The notes under the pieces are model-generated. The model searched no databases, had not been told where the DNA came from, and saw only the letters and a list, made by a program, of their open reading frames with translations. DNA of 64,000 bases from Planctomycetota bacterium. GTDB lineage: Bacteria > Planctomycetota > UBA8108 > SXIK01. Below are positions 1 to 9,866 of the stretch, piece by piece (within the stretch, counting starts at the first letter, position 1; the number at the start of each line of letters is the position of its first letter). The stretch spans positions 5,024,001-5,088,000 of the forward strand of contig OZ244999.1 of the NCBI GenBank assembly GCA_965223265.1. Direction: 5' to 3'. Both the position numbers and the translations under genes were made by a program.

Positions 1-108
1 ACAAAGCCGTCCCGGAGGACGTCTTGGCAGCGTACGACGCCCCGCGAGGCCTCTGCCTGAACTGAGGGCGAGAATCATCCAAACCACGGTTGTCGAAGAA
101 GAGAGGTC

Positions 109-1995
109 GTGATGGAACTTCCGCACGGTTTTCGCAGGTACCGTTTTTCTGGGCTGGGCATTCGCAAGGTGAATTTTAGAGGCTCGAACCGCTGCAGCCG
201 ATCGGCGGTTGTCTCTCGGCTGGCCAGCGCATGCGTCAGTGCGGTCCTCCTGTTCGCGATTCCGCTCACCGTCTCCTCGTGTGGCGGTGGGGAAGCTGAA
301 GAAGCTCCGAAGGCTCAAAAGGCCGAGAAAAAGCGCGCCGACAACTATCGCGCGGCCGCCAAGCTCCGCAAAGAATTGAGGAAGCTCGGTGCCTCAAAGT
401 TGGTGGCGAACGATTGGAAGCGCTTTGAGCGATCGTACAACGCCGGCAAGAAGGCGAACAAGGCAGGCGACTACGCCGAGGCCGAGGACAAGTTCGACTC
501 CGCGATCAGTCGCGGCAAGAAGCTGAAGAAGTCTCTTGCGGTGGTGAAGGAGCTGAAGGAAGAAGTCGGCGAGGTCCGTAACGCAGCCTACACCGCCAAG
601 ACGGCGGCCGATGCTGCCGAGGCGGCAACCTTCGCCAAGGCGCAGTATGACGAAGCCCGGGCCATCCTCGCGGACGCTGAAAAAGCGTACAAGAAGGGCT
701 CAGTCGAGGCACTGGAGGAAGCGCAAGACCTTTTCAGCCGCGCAGAAAACGTTCTCGCAAGCGCTCAGCAGGCAGCGAAGGAGGGCAAGGAGACCCTCGC
801 TGAAGTGAAAGAAGCGGCTGAAGAGTGCGCCGACGCTAAAAAGAAAGCAGTAGAGGCCGGCGCTGAGGAGCACGCCGCCGCCGACTGGGACGACGCCGTG
901 CAGCGCGAATCCGAGGCGGTTGAGGCGCAGGAAAAAAACGACTACCAGACGGCGCTCGCGAGCTACAACTTCGCAACGCAGCGATTCTCCGCCGCGGTTT
1001 CGACGGCGACATACACCAAGGAGAACAAAGATAGACAAAAACAGATCGACGAGCAGGCGTCGGCGTCGGTGCAGCCACGTGCGCCGGCGCCTCGCACGCA
1101 GGTCAAGCAATGGGGCGTGCCGGTCGTCGAGAATGAGGCGCAGACGAAGTTAGACCAGTACGCCACCGAAATCCAGGCGACGCGCTACGTGCAGGATATA
1201 GATCCCGAAGACGAGGCCTATCTGCGAGCAAACTACAAGAAGCTCAACCCACTCTTGGAGTACGATCCGGAGACGGGTGCGGCGTATCTCGACCTACGCA
1301 GCGGCGCACAGCTTTTGCGTGCGGTCCACGGCAGTAGGGCGGTCAAGATCCTGCGCAGCAAGGAATACCTGCAGTTCCAAGACAAGTTCAACGCGGTCCC
1401 CGGCGACGACCCGAACAGCGCGCCGTTCAGCTTCTGGGCCAATTCGGAAGGCGCGTTCTACATTGAAGTGCCCTTCAAGTACCACGTCAAAGTGACCTGG
1501 AACATGGCCATCCAGACGATGGACCAGAGCAACGACTTCAAGTGCATCTTCATGTTCGACAAGGACAAGAGGAGCTACTACGGCACGAAGTGGACCGCAC
1601 TCGGCTTCGGTGGGGGCCGTGGGGCGTTCAGGACGACAAAACGCAGCCCAAACCCAGAGCACCACGGTAATGCGAATCTGTGGTTCCTGAAAACGCGCGA
1701 CATCCCGATGGTCGTTTCCTTCGAGATGCCAGGCGAGGAAGTCGAAAGCGACGACATGGAGGAGCTCACAGGCAGCGCCAAGCTCACCTGCATCTATGAT
1801 GCTGACGACGGCATCGACGAAGTGAAGACGGAGTGGTTGAGCGACAGACCGCTCAAGGCAGGCGGCTGGGTGGGCTTTACTTGGAACCGCGTCAAGTTTC
1901 AGGTCAAAAAGCTCCAGATCTATGGCATCCTCGACAAAGAGAAGGCGGTGGCTCAGCTGCGGAGCGCGGAAAAGAGGAAAAAGAAGCGCCGCTGA
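109..1995 (+). CDS. Hypothetical exported/lipoprotein with Ala/Glu/Lys-rich helical repeats and a C-terminal beta-rich domain
   Basis: 628-aa ORF. A hydrophobic stretch ends in lipobox-like LTVSS-C-GGG. Repeated helical units (AEAATFAKAQYDEA, AGAEEHAAADWDDA) are reminiscent of DUF4398. The true start may be downstream of 109. Confidence 0.75.
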   Translation: MMELPHGFRRYRFSGLGIRKVNFRGSNRCSRSAVVSRLASACVSAVLLFAIPLTVSSCGGGEAEEAPKAQKAEKKRADNYRAAAKLRKELRKLGASKLVANDWKRFERSYNAGKKANKAGDYAEAEDKFDSAISRGKKLKKSLAVVKELKEEVGEVRNAAYTAKTAADAAEAATFAKAQYDEARAILADAEKAYKKGSVEALEEAQDLFSRAENVLASAQQAAKEGKETLAEVKEAAEECADAKKKAVEAGAEEHAAADWDDAVQRESEAVEAQEKNDYQTALASYNFATQRFSAAVSTATYTKENKDRQKQIDEQASASVQPRAPAPRTQVKQWGVPVVENEAQTKLDQYATEIQATRYVQDIDPEDEAYLRANYKKLNPLLEYDPETGAAYLDLRSGAQLLRAVHGSRAVKILRSKEYLQFQDKFNAVPGDDPNSAPFSFWANSEGAFYIEVPFKYHVKVTWNMAIQTMDQSNDFKCIFMFDKDKRSYYGTKWTALGFGGGRGAFRTTKRSPNPEHHGNANLWFLKTRDIPMVVSFEMPGEEVESDDMEELTGSAKLTCIYDADDGIDEVKTEWLSDRPLKAGGWVGFTWNRVKFQVKKLQIYGILDKEKAVAQLRSAEKRKKKRR

Positions 1996-2062
1996 GCGCG
2001 ACTCGAACCCAGCCTGAGTCGGGCTCAGCTCCGATAGCCGAGCCAAGCGACAAAAACTCATC

Positions 2063-2114
2063 AAAGGCGCAGCTCCGACGACGTATTCTATGCGTTGTCA
2101 GGGCTGCGCCTTTT
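2063..2114 (+). terminator. Rho-independent terminator-like hairpin
   Basis: AAAGGCGCAGC ... GCTGCGCCTTTT perfect 11-bp outer stem with an inner stem, downstream of the 109-1995 CDS. Confidence 0.6.
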
Positions 2115-2249
2115 CGGTATGGTTTGGGCATTCGCACAAGCAATGGGGGTGCGGGAGGCGATTTGATGCAAGGGAACGGCTAGGACGGCTGTTCGCCGCA
2201 CTCGCCAGTTGAAACGAGGAGCCAATGGCCGGAAGAGACGGGCGCGCGC

Positions 2250-3389
2250 ATGAAGAAGACTCCGCTCCTCGCTGAGCACGAGCGTCTCGGAGCCACGCTC
2301 ATCGATTTTCACGGCTGGGAGATGCCCGTGCGCTACGGCAACATCCCCGCGGAGCACGCGCAGGTGCGGCAGCGCTCGGGTCTCTTCGATCTGTGCCACA
2401 TGGGACGCCTTGAGCTCCACGGCCCTGACGCGGCGACGTGGCTCGACCGCGTTCTCAGCTCCGAAGTCGCGTCAATGGACGTCGGCGAGGCGCGCTACGG
2501 ATTGATCCTCAATCCGCAGGGGACGATCATCGACGATGCCATCGCCTACCGACTCGACGACCGGCTGCTGCTCGTCGTCAATGCGTCCAACCTGGCGCGC
2601 GTCGCGGCCTGGATCGCCGAGCATAAGGCCGCCAGCAACGCGACTCTCATCGATCGCAGCGACGAGCTGGCGATGATCGCAGTCCAGGGTCCCGAGTCGG
2701 TGCAGGTACTGCCGCGCGTGGTCGACCGACTCGCGGCGGACTGGTCGGCACTCAGCTACTACTCGATTGCGCCAGCGACCGTCTGCGGCGGGGACGCCTG
2801 GATCGCGCGCACCGGCTACACGGGCGAGGATGGATTCGAGGTCTATCTCGCCGCGGAGAGCGCCGCAGAGTTCTGGCGGCGCCTTCTCGAGGCCGGCGGT
2901 GACGCCATCGCGCCGATCGGTCTTGGAGCGCGCGACACGCTGCGTCTCGAAGCCGCCATGCCGCTCTACGGAAACGACATCGACGAGACGACGGACCCAT
3001 ATGAGGCCGGCCTCGGCTTCGCCGTGCGTCTCGGCAAGAAGCCGGGATTCGTCGGCCAAGAGGCGCTCTCGGCCAAGCGCGCCAGCGGCGCACCGAAGCG
3101 GCGCCTCCGTGGCTTCCGCGTCTTGAGTCGGCGCGCCGCGCGCCAAGGTATGCAGATCTTCGCTGCAGAGGCGGGCGCCGCAGCGGCGGCTGGCAACGCC
3201 CCGCCGGTCGGCGAAATCACCAGCGGCGCCCCGTCGCCGACACTCGGCTTTCCGATCGCCCTCGGCTATCTCTCGACGACCGTCGAGCTGTCCGCGCCGC
3301 TCTGCGTCGATGTCCGCGGCCGGCGCGAGGCGCTCGAGGTCACGCCGCGTCCGTTCTACTCGCAAGTCCGAAAGAAAAAGAGTCTGTAG
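2250..3389 (+). CDS. gcvT: Glycine cleavage system aminomethyltransferase T
   Basis: KKTPL...FHGWEMPVRY, GLFDLCHMG, RTGYTGEDGFE and GLGARDTLRLEA motifs. Confidence 0.97.
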   Translation: MKKTPLLAEHERLGATLIDFHGWEMPVRYGNIPAEHAQVRQRSGLFDLCHMGRLELHGPDAATWLDRVLSSEVASMDVGEARYGLILNPQGTIIDDAIAYRLDDRLLLVVNASNLARVAAWIAEHKAASNATLIDRSDELAMIAVQGPESVQVLPRVVDRLAADWSALSYYSIAPATVCGGDAWIARTGYTGEDGFEVYLAAESAAEFWRRLLEAGGDAIAPIGLGARDTLRLEAAMPLYGNDIDETTDPYEAGLGFAVRLGKKPGFVGQEALSAKRASGAPKRRLRGFRVLSRRAARQGMQIFAAEAGAAAAAGNAPPVGEITSGAPSPTLGFPIALGYLSTTVELSAPLCVDVRGRREALEVTPRPFYSQVRKKKSL

Positions 3390-3407
3390 GAGGGAGAGCA
3401 ACACGTC

Positions 3408-3800
3408 ATGGCACGGCCGGAAGGATTGCGATATACGAAGACTCATGAATGGGTGAAGCTCGAGGACGATGTCGCCACGGTCGGTATCACGGACTACGCG
3501 GTCGATCAGCTTGGGGATCTCACCTTCATCGACCTGCCCGAACCCGGTGGCAAGCTGCAAGCAGGCGACACTTTTGGGGAGGTTGAGTCGACCAAGACCG
3601 TCAGCGATCTTTATCTCCCGCTCAGCGGCGAGATCGTTGAAGTCAACAGCGCCATCGCGGACAACCTTGAAGAACTCAGCGGCTCGCCATTCGACGCTGG
3701 CTGGCTCATTCGCATCCGCGTCGATGACGCCTCTCACTTCGGCTCCCTCATGGACGCCGATGCCTACGCCGAACACATCGTCGCGGAGGAGGCGCACTGA
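3408..3800 (+). CDS. gcvH: Glycine cleavage system H protein
   Basis: YTKTHEW, VGITDYA and lipoyl-lysine motif VESTKTVSD; RBS GGAG. Confidence 0.97.
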   Translation: MARPEGLRYTKTHEWVKLEDDVATVGITDYAVDQLGDLTFIDLPEPGGKLQAGDTFGEVESTKTVSDLYLPLSGEIVEVNSAIADNLEELSGSPFDAGWLIRIRVDDASHFGSLMDADAYAEHIVAEEAH

Positions 3801-3948
3801 GCCCACGGGCTATGGGGCGGAAGGAGCGAAACCGAAGGCGCGCGAGACATTCGAGCTGTGGGCAGAGACGGAGAAGTCTCCGTGTCGATGACGTCGCGTG
3901 AACGACCTGCCTGAACAACCGTCATGAACGACTTCGTGAGCGACTTTC

Positions 3949-5370
3949 ATGAGCTACGTACCGCATACGGAATCTGAAACCAAGGCCATGTTGGCGGCCA
4001 TCGGAGTCGAGTCGCTCACCGACCTTTTCACCTCGATCCCCGAGTCGCTGCGACTCAGCCGCCCCCTCGACATTCCGGCGCGGCGCACAGAGGCGGAAGT
4101 TCTCCGCGAACTCGGCGAGCTGGCAGCGCGCAACCGTGACGTCGGTGAACGACCATCGTTTTTGGGGGCGGGCTGTTATCGCCGCTTCATACCGGCCGCC
4201 GTCGACTATCTCGCCAGCCGCGGCGAGTTCAACACGGCATACACTCCGTACCAACCGGAGGTGAGCCAAGGCACACTGCAGGCGATCTTCGAGTATCAAT
4301 CGATGATCTGCCGCCTGACGGCGATGGAGATCTCGAATGCCTCGATGTACGAAGGCGCTACGGCGCTCGCTGAGGCGGTACTGATGTCATACGCTCTCAA
4401 GCGCAAGGGGCGCCGCGTTCTCGTCTCGGAGGCGCTGCATCCCGACTACCGCGGCGTGCTCGAGACGTATCTGCGCAGCCATCCGATCGAGCTCGAGACG
4501 ATACCGCTCGACAGCGGCAAAACCTCGCCGTCAGAACTGGCGCGCCAACTCGATGGCGATATCCTCGCCGTGGTTGTGCAGAATCCCAATTTCTTCGGCA
4601 CCATCGAACCAACCGAGGAGATCGCCGCGGCGCTCGGCGCGAAGGGGTCGAACGCGCGCCCAATCTTCATCGCGGTCGTCGACCCTATTTCGCTGGCGCT
4701 TCTCAAACCCCCTGGAGCCTACGGCGCAGACATCGCTGTCGGCGAAGGGCAGCAGCTTGGTAACTATCCATCGTACGGCGGTCCGAGCTTCGGCTTCTTC
4801 GCAACACGCCAGTCGCATGTGCGCAAGGTGCCTGGGCGCATCGTCGGCGAGACTAAAGATCGCAGCGGCAAGCGCGGCTACGTGCTCACCTTTCAGACGC
4901 GCGAGCAGCACATTCGACGCGAAAAGGCGACCAGCAACATCTGCACGAACCAAGGCCTCTGTTGCCTGCGCGGGGCGATGTACTTAGCGATCATGGGCGC
5001 GGCGGGTCTGCGGGAGGTGGCGTCGAGCTCGACGCGTAAAGCGCACTACGCGCTCGAGCGGCTCTGCCGCATCGGCGGTGTCTCGCAAACGTTCGCGGGA
5101 GCCCCATTTCTCAACGAATTCGCGCTGCGGTTGCCGATCCCTGCTGAGGCGGCGTATGCGGGTCTGGCGGAGCATCACATCGGCGGCGGCTTGCCCCTAA
5201 GCCGCTACTTTCCGGAGAAAACGCACGACATGCTGATCGCCCTCACGGAACTCAACACCGTGGCAGAGATTGAACAGCTGGCAGTGGGGCTCGAAAAGAC
5301 GATTCAAAACGTCGGCAGACAAACAGAATCGCCTCAGAGCGAAAAAGACACGGCGGAATCGACTGCGTAA
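3949..5370 (+). CDS. gcvPA: Glycine dehydrogenase subunit 1
   Basis: FLGAGCY, TAYTPYQPEVSQG, NASMYEG and REQHIRREKATSNICTNQ motifs. Confidence 0.97.
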   Translation: MSYVPHTESETKAMLAAIGVESLTDLFTSIPESLRLSRPLDIPARRTEAEVLRELGELAARNRDVGERPSFLGAGCYRRFIPAAVDYLASRGEFNTAYTPYQPEVSQGTLQAIFEYQSMICRLTAMEISNASMYEGATALAEAVLMSYALKRKGRRVLVSEALHPDYRGVLETYLRSHPIELETIPLDSGKTSPSELARQLDGDILAVVVQNPNFFGTIEPTEEIAAALGAKGSNARPIFIAVVDPISLALLKPPGAYGADIAVGEGQQLGNYPSYGGPSFGFFATRQSHVRKVPGRIVGETKDRSGKRGYVLTFQTREQHIRREKATSNICTNQGLCCLRGAMYLAIMGAAGLREVASSSTRKAHYALERLCRIGGVSQTFAGAPFLNEFALRLPIPAEAAYAGLAEHHIGGGLPLSRYFPEKTHDMLIALTELNTVAEIEQLAVGLEKTIQNVGRQTESPQSEKDTAESTA

Positions 5371-5398
5371 CGTACAACACCACAAGAGTAGGCTCCCC

Positions 5399-6880
5399 AT
5401 GGCGATCGAAACGCTACCGACCATCTTCGAGCTCAGTCGCAGCGGACGACGAGGCCCAGCGCCGCCGCCTGCCGAAGCGGAGCTACCTGAGCTGAATGAG
5501 TGCATCGAGTCACAACACCTTCGGGACGACCCAACCGAACTGCCAGAAGTCGGTGAGCTCGACGGCGTCAGGCATTACACACGCCTGTCATCGCTGAACT
5601 ACTCGATCGACAACGTCTTCTACCCGCTCGGCTCCTGCACCATGAAGTACAACCCCAGACTCAATGAAGTCGCTGCATCGGCGACGGGGTTCCTTCTCGG
5701 GCACCCGCTGGCGCGACCGGAGGATTGCCAAGGCTTCTTGGAACTTTGCTGCCGTTTGCAGGAGTTCCTTGCGGAAGTGAGTGGCCTGCCGCATGTCAGT
5801 CTACAACCAGCTGCTGGCGCACACGGCGAACTGACGGCGCTCATGATCATGAAGTCATACTTCGCCGACCTCGGCGAGGCGGAGCGCGACGTGATCCTGA
5901 TCCCCGACAGCGCCCACGGCACCAACCCCTCCAGCTGCACGCTCGCCGGGTTCAGGACGCGCGAAGTGGCGTCAGGCCCCGACGGCACAGTCGACATGGA
6001 AGACTTTCGCTCGAAGCTCGACGCCAGCGTCGCGGGCCTCATGATCACGAACCCGAACACGGTCGGCATCTTCGAGCGCAATATCGACACGATCTGTGAG
6101 CTCCTCCATGAGGCGGGTGCGCTCGTTTACATGGACGGCGCCAACATGAACGCGATCTTAGGCATCACGCGGCCTGGAGACTTCGGCATCGATGTCATGC
6201 ACTTCAACCTCCACAAGACGTTTTCAACCCCACACGGCGGCGGCGGCCCGGGCTCCGGCCCCATCGCGGTCGACGAAAAGCTCGCGCCCTACCTCCCGCT
6301 GCCGCGCGTCCAGCGCGGCAGCGATGGCACATTTGAGGCGGTGACCGACGGGCCGAAGTCGATTGGGCGCGTGCGGTCATTCTGGGGCAATAGCGGCATT
6401 TTGGTGCGGGCGCTGGCCTACGCGATGGCCCACGGCCCGGCAGAGCTGCGGCGCATCAGCGAATACGCTGTACTCAACGCCAACTACATTCGCGCACAAC
6501 TTACGGATGCCTTTCATCTGCCTTTTCAGACCCCAAGCATGCATGAAGTGGTCTTCACTGCGAAGCGTCAGAAGCAAAGCGGTATCCGCGCTCTCGACGT
6601 CGCCAAACGTCTCATCGATCTGGGGTTCCACCCGCCGACCATCTACTTTCCTCTCATCGTCTCCGAAGCGCTCATGATTGAGCCGACCGAGACCGAATCA
6701 AAAGAGACGCTGGATGCGTTCGTCGCCGCGATGTTGCAGGTGGCGCGCGAAGCGGAGGAAAGCCCTGACATTCTGCGCGAAGCGCCGGTCACGCAACCGG
6801 TGCGGCGCCTCGACGAGGTCAACGCGGTCAAACAGCCAGTTCTCGTCTGTCCATGCGACGACGAAGAGAGCGCCGACTAG
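5399..6880 (+). CDS. gcvPB: Glycine dehydrogenase subunit 2
   Basis: YPLGSCTMKYN, QPAAGAHGE, PLP motif NLHKTFSTPHGGGGPG and EPTETES; start adjusted to ATG 5399. Confidence 0.97.
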   Translation: MAIETLPTIFELSRSGRRGPAPPPAEAELPELNECIESQHLRDDPTELPEVGELDGVRHYTRLSSLNYSIDNVFYPLGSCTMKYNPRLNEVAASATGFLLGHPLARPEDCQGFLELCCRLQEFLAEVSGLPHVSLQPAAGAHGELTALMIMKSYFADLGEAERDVILIPDSAHGTNPSSCTLAGFRTREVASGPDGTVDMEDFRSKLDASVAGLMITNPNTVGIFERNIDTICELLHEAGALVYMDGANMNAILGITRPGDFGIDVMHFNLHKTFSTPHGGGGPGSGPIAVDEKLAPYLPLPRVQRGSDGTFEAVTDGPKSIGRVRSFWGNSGILVRALAYAMAHGPAELRRISEYAVLNANYIRAQLTDAFHLPFQTPSMHEVVFTAKRQKQSGIRALDVAKRLIDLGFHPPTIYFPLIVSEALMIEPTETESKETLDAFVAAMLQVAREAEESPDILREAPVTQPVRRLDEVNAVKQPVLVCPCDDEESAD

Positions 6881-7926
6881 CCCGAGCTTGACCGCAGCGC
6901 CCAATACTCGATCAGTGCTGTGCGGTCGCGCTCGATCTGTGCCTTCAGCTCCGCGGCCGACGCGAAGCGCCGCTCGTCGCGGTGCGCTCGCAGCAGCTCG
7001 ATCTCAAGATCCTCACCGTAGAGATCACCGTCGAAGTCGATGAGCTGAGCCTCCAGCGTCCTCGCGTCACCGCTGCGAAACGTCGGCCGTGTGCCGATGT
7101 TGACGAGGGCGGGAAGGTCCGTAGCCAGTGGCTGCGGCTGCCAAGGAACGGCATCGTGCACCTCCGCTGCGGCGTCCGTAGCGTCGTTGCTGCCGTCCGT
7201 CGCCGCGGTGAGCGTGCCTGCGAGACGCCCCCACCGTGTGACGCTGGCGAAATAGACACCAGACGGCGGCAGCATGTCGGAGTCGACGTCGAGATTCGCA
7301 GTCGGAAACCCGAGCGTGCGACCGCGACCGTCACCGTGCACCACCGTGCCGAGAAGTGAGTAACGTCGCCCGAGAAGAGCTCGGAGACGTTCAAGATCTC
7401 CAGCGGCAACGGCGTTCCGCACGAGCGTGCTGGAGACGCGCTCAGCCGCAACGTGCGCCACGCTGCCTTGTCTCAATTCGATGCCAAGCTGAGCGGCGCG
7501 CGCCGCGAGCGCGCCGAACGTTCCTTCGCGCCGATGCCCCCAAGCACTGTCGAATCCCATGAGGACTTTGTCGGCATGCAGACCGCGCACGAGTACTTTC
7601 TCCACGAACTCGTCTGCCGACCACGCCGCTAGCTCAGCCGTGAAGCGCAGAGGCAGAACCGCAGCCATTCCAGCACCCGCGAAGAGGAGCAACCGGTGAC
7701 GCAGCGACAAGACAAGGGGAGGCGAAACTCCTCTGAGCGTCCGCGCCGGATGCGAGACGAATGTCACCAGAGCGGGCTGACGTGACGTCTCCTGAGCCCA
7801 ATCCGTGAGCTGTCGGAGGAGGGTCTGGTGTCCGACGTGAACACCGTCGAAAAAGCCGACTGTCACGACGCGGCGCTCTCGCGTCGGGTCGGCGCACGCC
7901 TGCGCGAGATCACGGTACACCTTCAT
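6877..7926 (-). CDS. ribF: Bifunctional riboflavin kinase / FAD synthetase
   Basis: GFFDGVHVGH, VSSTLVR, GRTLGFPTAN and NIGTRPTF motifs; start adjusted to ATG 7926. Confidence 0.95.
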   Translation of the reverse strand: MKVYRDLAQACADPTRERRVVTVGFFDGVHVGHQTLLRQLTDWAQETSRQPALVTFVSHPARTLRGVSPPLVLSLRHRLLLFAGAGMAAVLPLRFTAELAAWSADEFVEKVLVRGLHADKVLMGFDSAWGHRREGTFGALAARAAQLGIELRQGSVAHVAAERVSSTLVRNAVAAGDLERLRALLGRRYSLLGTVVHGDGRGRTLGFPTANLDVDSDMLPPSGVYFASVTRWGRLAGTLTAATDGSNDATDAAAEVHDAVPWQPQPLATDLPALVNIGTRPTFRSGDARTLEAQLIDFDGDLYGEDLEIELLRAHRDERRFASAAELKAQIERDRTALIEYWALRSSSG

Positions 7927-7927
7927 G

Positions 7928-8461
7928 TCAGCGTGTTTGTTCACCGGCACGGCGGTCGCGGTATTCGGCTTCGAGCTTTTTGAGAGCCTTGCCGAGCTGA
8001 AGTCGTTCACCAGGGCTCAAGCGGCTGATGAACAGGATACCGTCGAGGTGATCGTTTTCGTGCTGCACGATGCGCGCGGGGAGATCGGTAAGATCCTCTT
8101 CGAACGGCTGGGCGTTCAAATCGAGAGCCTTGATGTGCACCTTCGTGTGCCGACGCACGCGACCATGCACTCCCGGGATCGAGAGGCAGCCCTCTTCTTC
8201 CACGTCTTGCTCCCCCGCCGGGTCGGTCACAACTTGCGGGTTGATGTACACGCGCTCGAGCTCCGGATCAGGCTCGCCGGACGGGTTGACCACGAACAAG
8301 CGCACGCTCCATCCGACCTGTGGCGCTGCGAGACCGACGCCGCGGTGGGCGTACATGAGCTCGAACATCGCCGCCACCTGACGCCGTGTGTCCTGGTCGA
8401 GATGCGTGAGCGGCACCGCTTGCCGGCGAAGAATCGGATCGGGGTAGTTGACGATCTCCAT
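7928..8461 (-). CDS. def: Peptide deformylase
   Basis: GVGLAAPQVG, EGCLS and QHENDHLDG motifs. Confidence 0.97.
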   Translation of the reverse strand: MEIVNYPDPILRRQAVPLTHLDQDTRRQVAAMFELMYAHRGVGLAAPQVGWSVRLFVVNPSGEPDPELERVYINPQVVTDPAGEQDVEEEGCLSIPGVHGRVRRHTKVHIKALDLNAQPFEEDLTDLPARIVQHENDHLDGILFISRLSPGERLQLGKALKKLEAEYRDRRAGEQTR

Positions 8462-8658
8462 CTGAATTCCTGAGCTCTCTCAGAACAAGGTGGCGAACGA
8501 TTCGGTGGATGTTCGGAAACCGCGGTGCGACGCCAAAACCGCGATTGTAGCGAGGCGCGAGCCGGTTCCCATGGAAATCACGGTCGGGTCGACGCAAGCG
8601 TCGTGTTGCGCCGTCATGGCAGAGCGGCCGGACACGGATCGGCGACCCGAGCCTATTC

Positions 8659-8686
8659 TTGAATTCGGCACCTTCGAAACTACAAT
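8659..8686 (+). promoter_or_regulatory. Putative sigma70 promoter for the first vWA gene
   Basis: TTGAAT-16 bp-TACAAT in the divergent def/vWA intergenic region. Confidence 0.45.
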
Positions 8687-8806
8687 TGGACGTTTCTCGG
8701 CTCCACTCCGGGTTCGTCGTCTTGTCCTCAACCGTGCACGGCAGAGGCCAGGATTGAGTGGAGAAACGGGTGTTAGGATCTGGAGACAAAAGAAGGAGTC
8801 TGGACT

Positions 8807-9526
8807 ATGATGATGCGCCTGCGCATCGCGTCGCTCGCTCTTTTCGCGTTTGTCGTGCTTTGTTCGAACGTTGGAGCGCAGGCGCTCGGGGGAGCTGGGA
8901 GCAAGGAGAACCTTGACCTGCCCTATGACGCCGGTCTCTTCAACGGCGAAGCCGAGGACGAGGACGCCCCAGAAGTCATCCAGTTCTATGGCCAACAGTA
9001 CGAAGGGGACGGCGTTTTCTTCGCCATCGACCGCTCCGGCAGTATGCAGAGTAGCGGTGAGCTCGACATCGCCAAACGCGAGGTCTCCAAGAACATCTCG
9101 GAGTTCAGCACCCGCGTTCAGTTCGGCATCGTTTTCTTCGATAACGGCCTGCTCAAGTTCCCCACCAGCGGTCGGCCCGCCGAAGCCTCCCCCTCCATGA
9201 AGGCGGCCGGGCTCAACTGGGTCAACTCCGTCAAAGGCGGCGGCGGCAGCTGCTGCCAGGCCGGACTCGTCGCTGCCATGCAGTACGCCAATTTCTCCAG
9301 CTCCAAGCGTAAAGTTATCATTTACGTCGGCGACGGTGGTGGTACTTGCAACGGCGCCGACGAGGGCACCTATCTCAAGCAGACCCTGGCGATCGTCAAG
9401 GCGCAGAACTTTCAGCGCGCCCAGATCAACGCCATCGGCGTACTCCAGATCGGCTCTATCCAGGGTGACTTCCTGACCTCCCTGGCGCAGAGTAACGGCG
9501 GTACCTACACCAAGGTGACGAAGTAG
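8807..9526 (+). CDS. Secreted single-domain vWA protein, paralog 1
   Basis: Signal peptide (..NVGA-QA), MIDAS DRSGS, FGIVFF strand and YVGDG; RBS AAGGAG. Confidence 0.9.
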   Translation: MMMRLRIASLALFAFVVLCSNVGAQALGGAGSKENLDLPYDAGLFNGEAEDEDAPEVIQFYGQQYEGDGVFFAIDRSGSMQSSGELDIAKREVSKNISEFSTRVQFGIVFFDNGLLKFPTSGRPAEASPSMKAAGLNWVNSVKGGGGSCCQAGLVAAMQYANFSSSKRKVIIYVGDGGGTCNGADEGTYLKQTLAIVKAQNFQRAQINAIGVLQIGSIQGDFLTSLAQSNGGTYTKVTK

Positions 9527-9615
9527 GGAACATTCGGTGCCGGCGACCGCAGAGCTCGGGCTGAGCGGCGCGCCAGCGAGTGAACCATAAAAGATAAAAG
9601 AAAAGAGTAGTGACC

Positions 9616-9658
9616 AAGCTCAGTTCATGCCTGAGGGCGTGAGGCTGAGCTTTTTTTT
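9616..9658 (+). terminator. Rho-independent terminator
   Basis: AAGCTCAG..CATGCC / GGCGTG..CTGAGCTT stem followed by a T8 run. Confidence 0.75.
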
Positions 9659-9866
9659 CGCCCGAGTCGGTCGCTTCGCGCCGCGAACACCGAAAGGAGC
9701 CTCAATCATGGCAACAACTTAAGAACCTTGGCGGCACGAATCGTCCGGCGAGCGCGCGGGATCGCCCTGCAAGGATCGACGGCCTGAAACGTCTGGAACA
9801 ATGATTGTCACGCTCACACGCGGTGTGGGCAGAGTTCTCAAGCAGTTCCCTGACGAGGCGATCCAC

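Noticed and set aside
3-65. Possible 3' end of an upstream plus-strand gene (KAVPEDVLAAYDAPRGLCLN*)
   Set aside because: Too short to support a call
1996-2249. Glycine riboswitch upstream of gcvT
   Set aside because: No GGAGA...CCGAAG...CTCTCAGG aptamer core is visible; only a terminator-like hairpin
2472-3806. 444-aa minus-strand ORF
   Set aside because: Antisense shadow of gcvT/gcvH, typical of high-GC DNA
3801-3948. Glycine-aptamer-like fragment GGAG..ACCGAAGGCG between gcvH and gcvPA (similar text near 11751-11800)
   Set aside because: The 3' conserved CTCAGG half is missing, and the second instance lies between convergent gene ends
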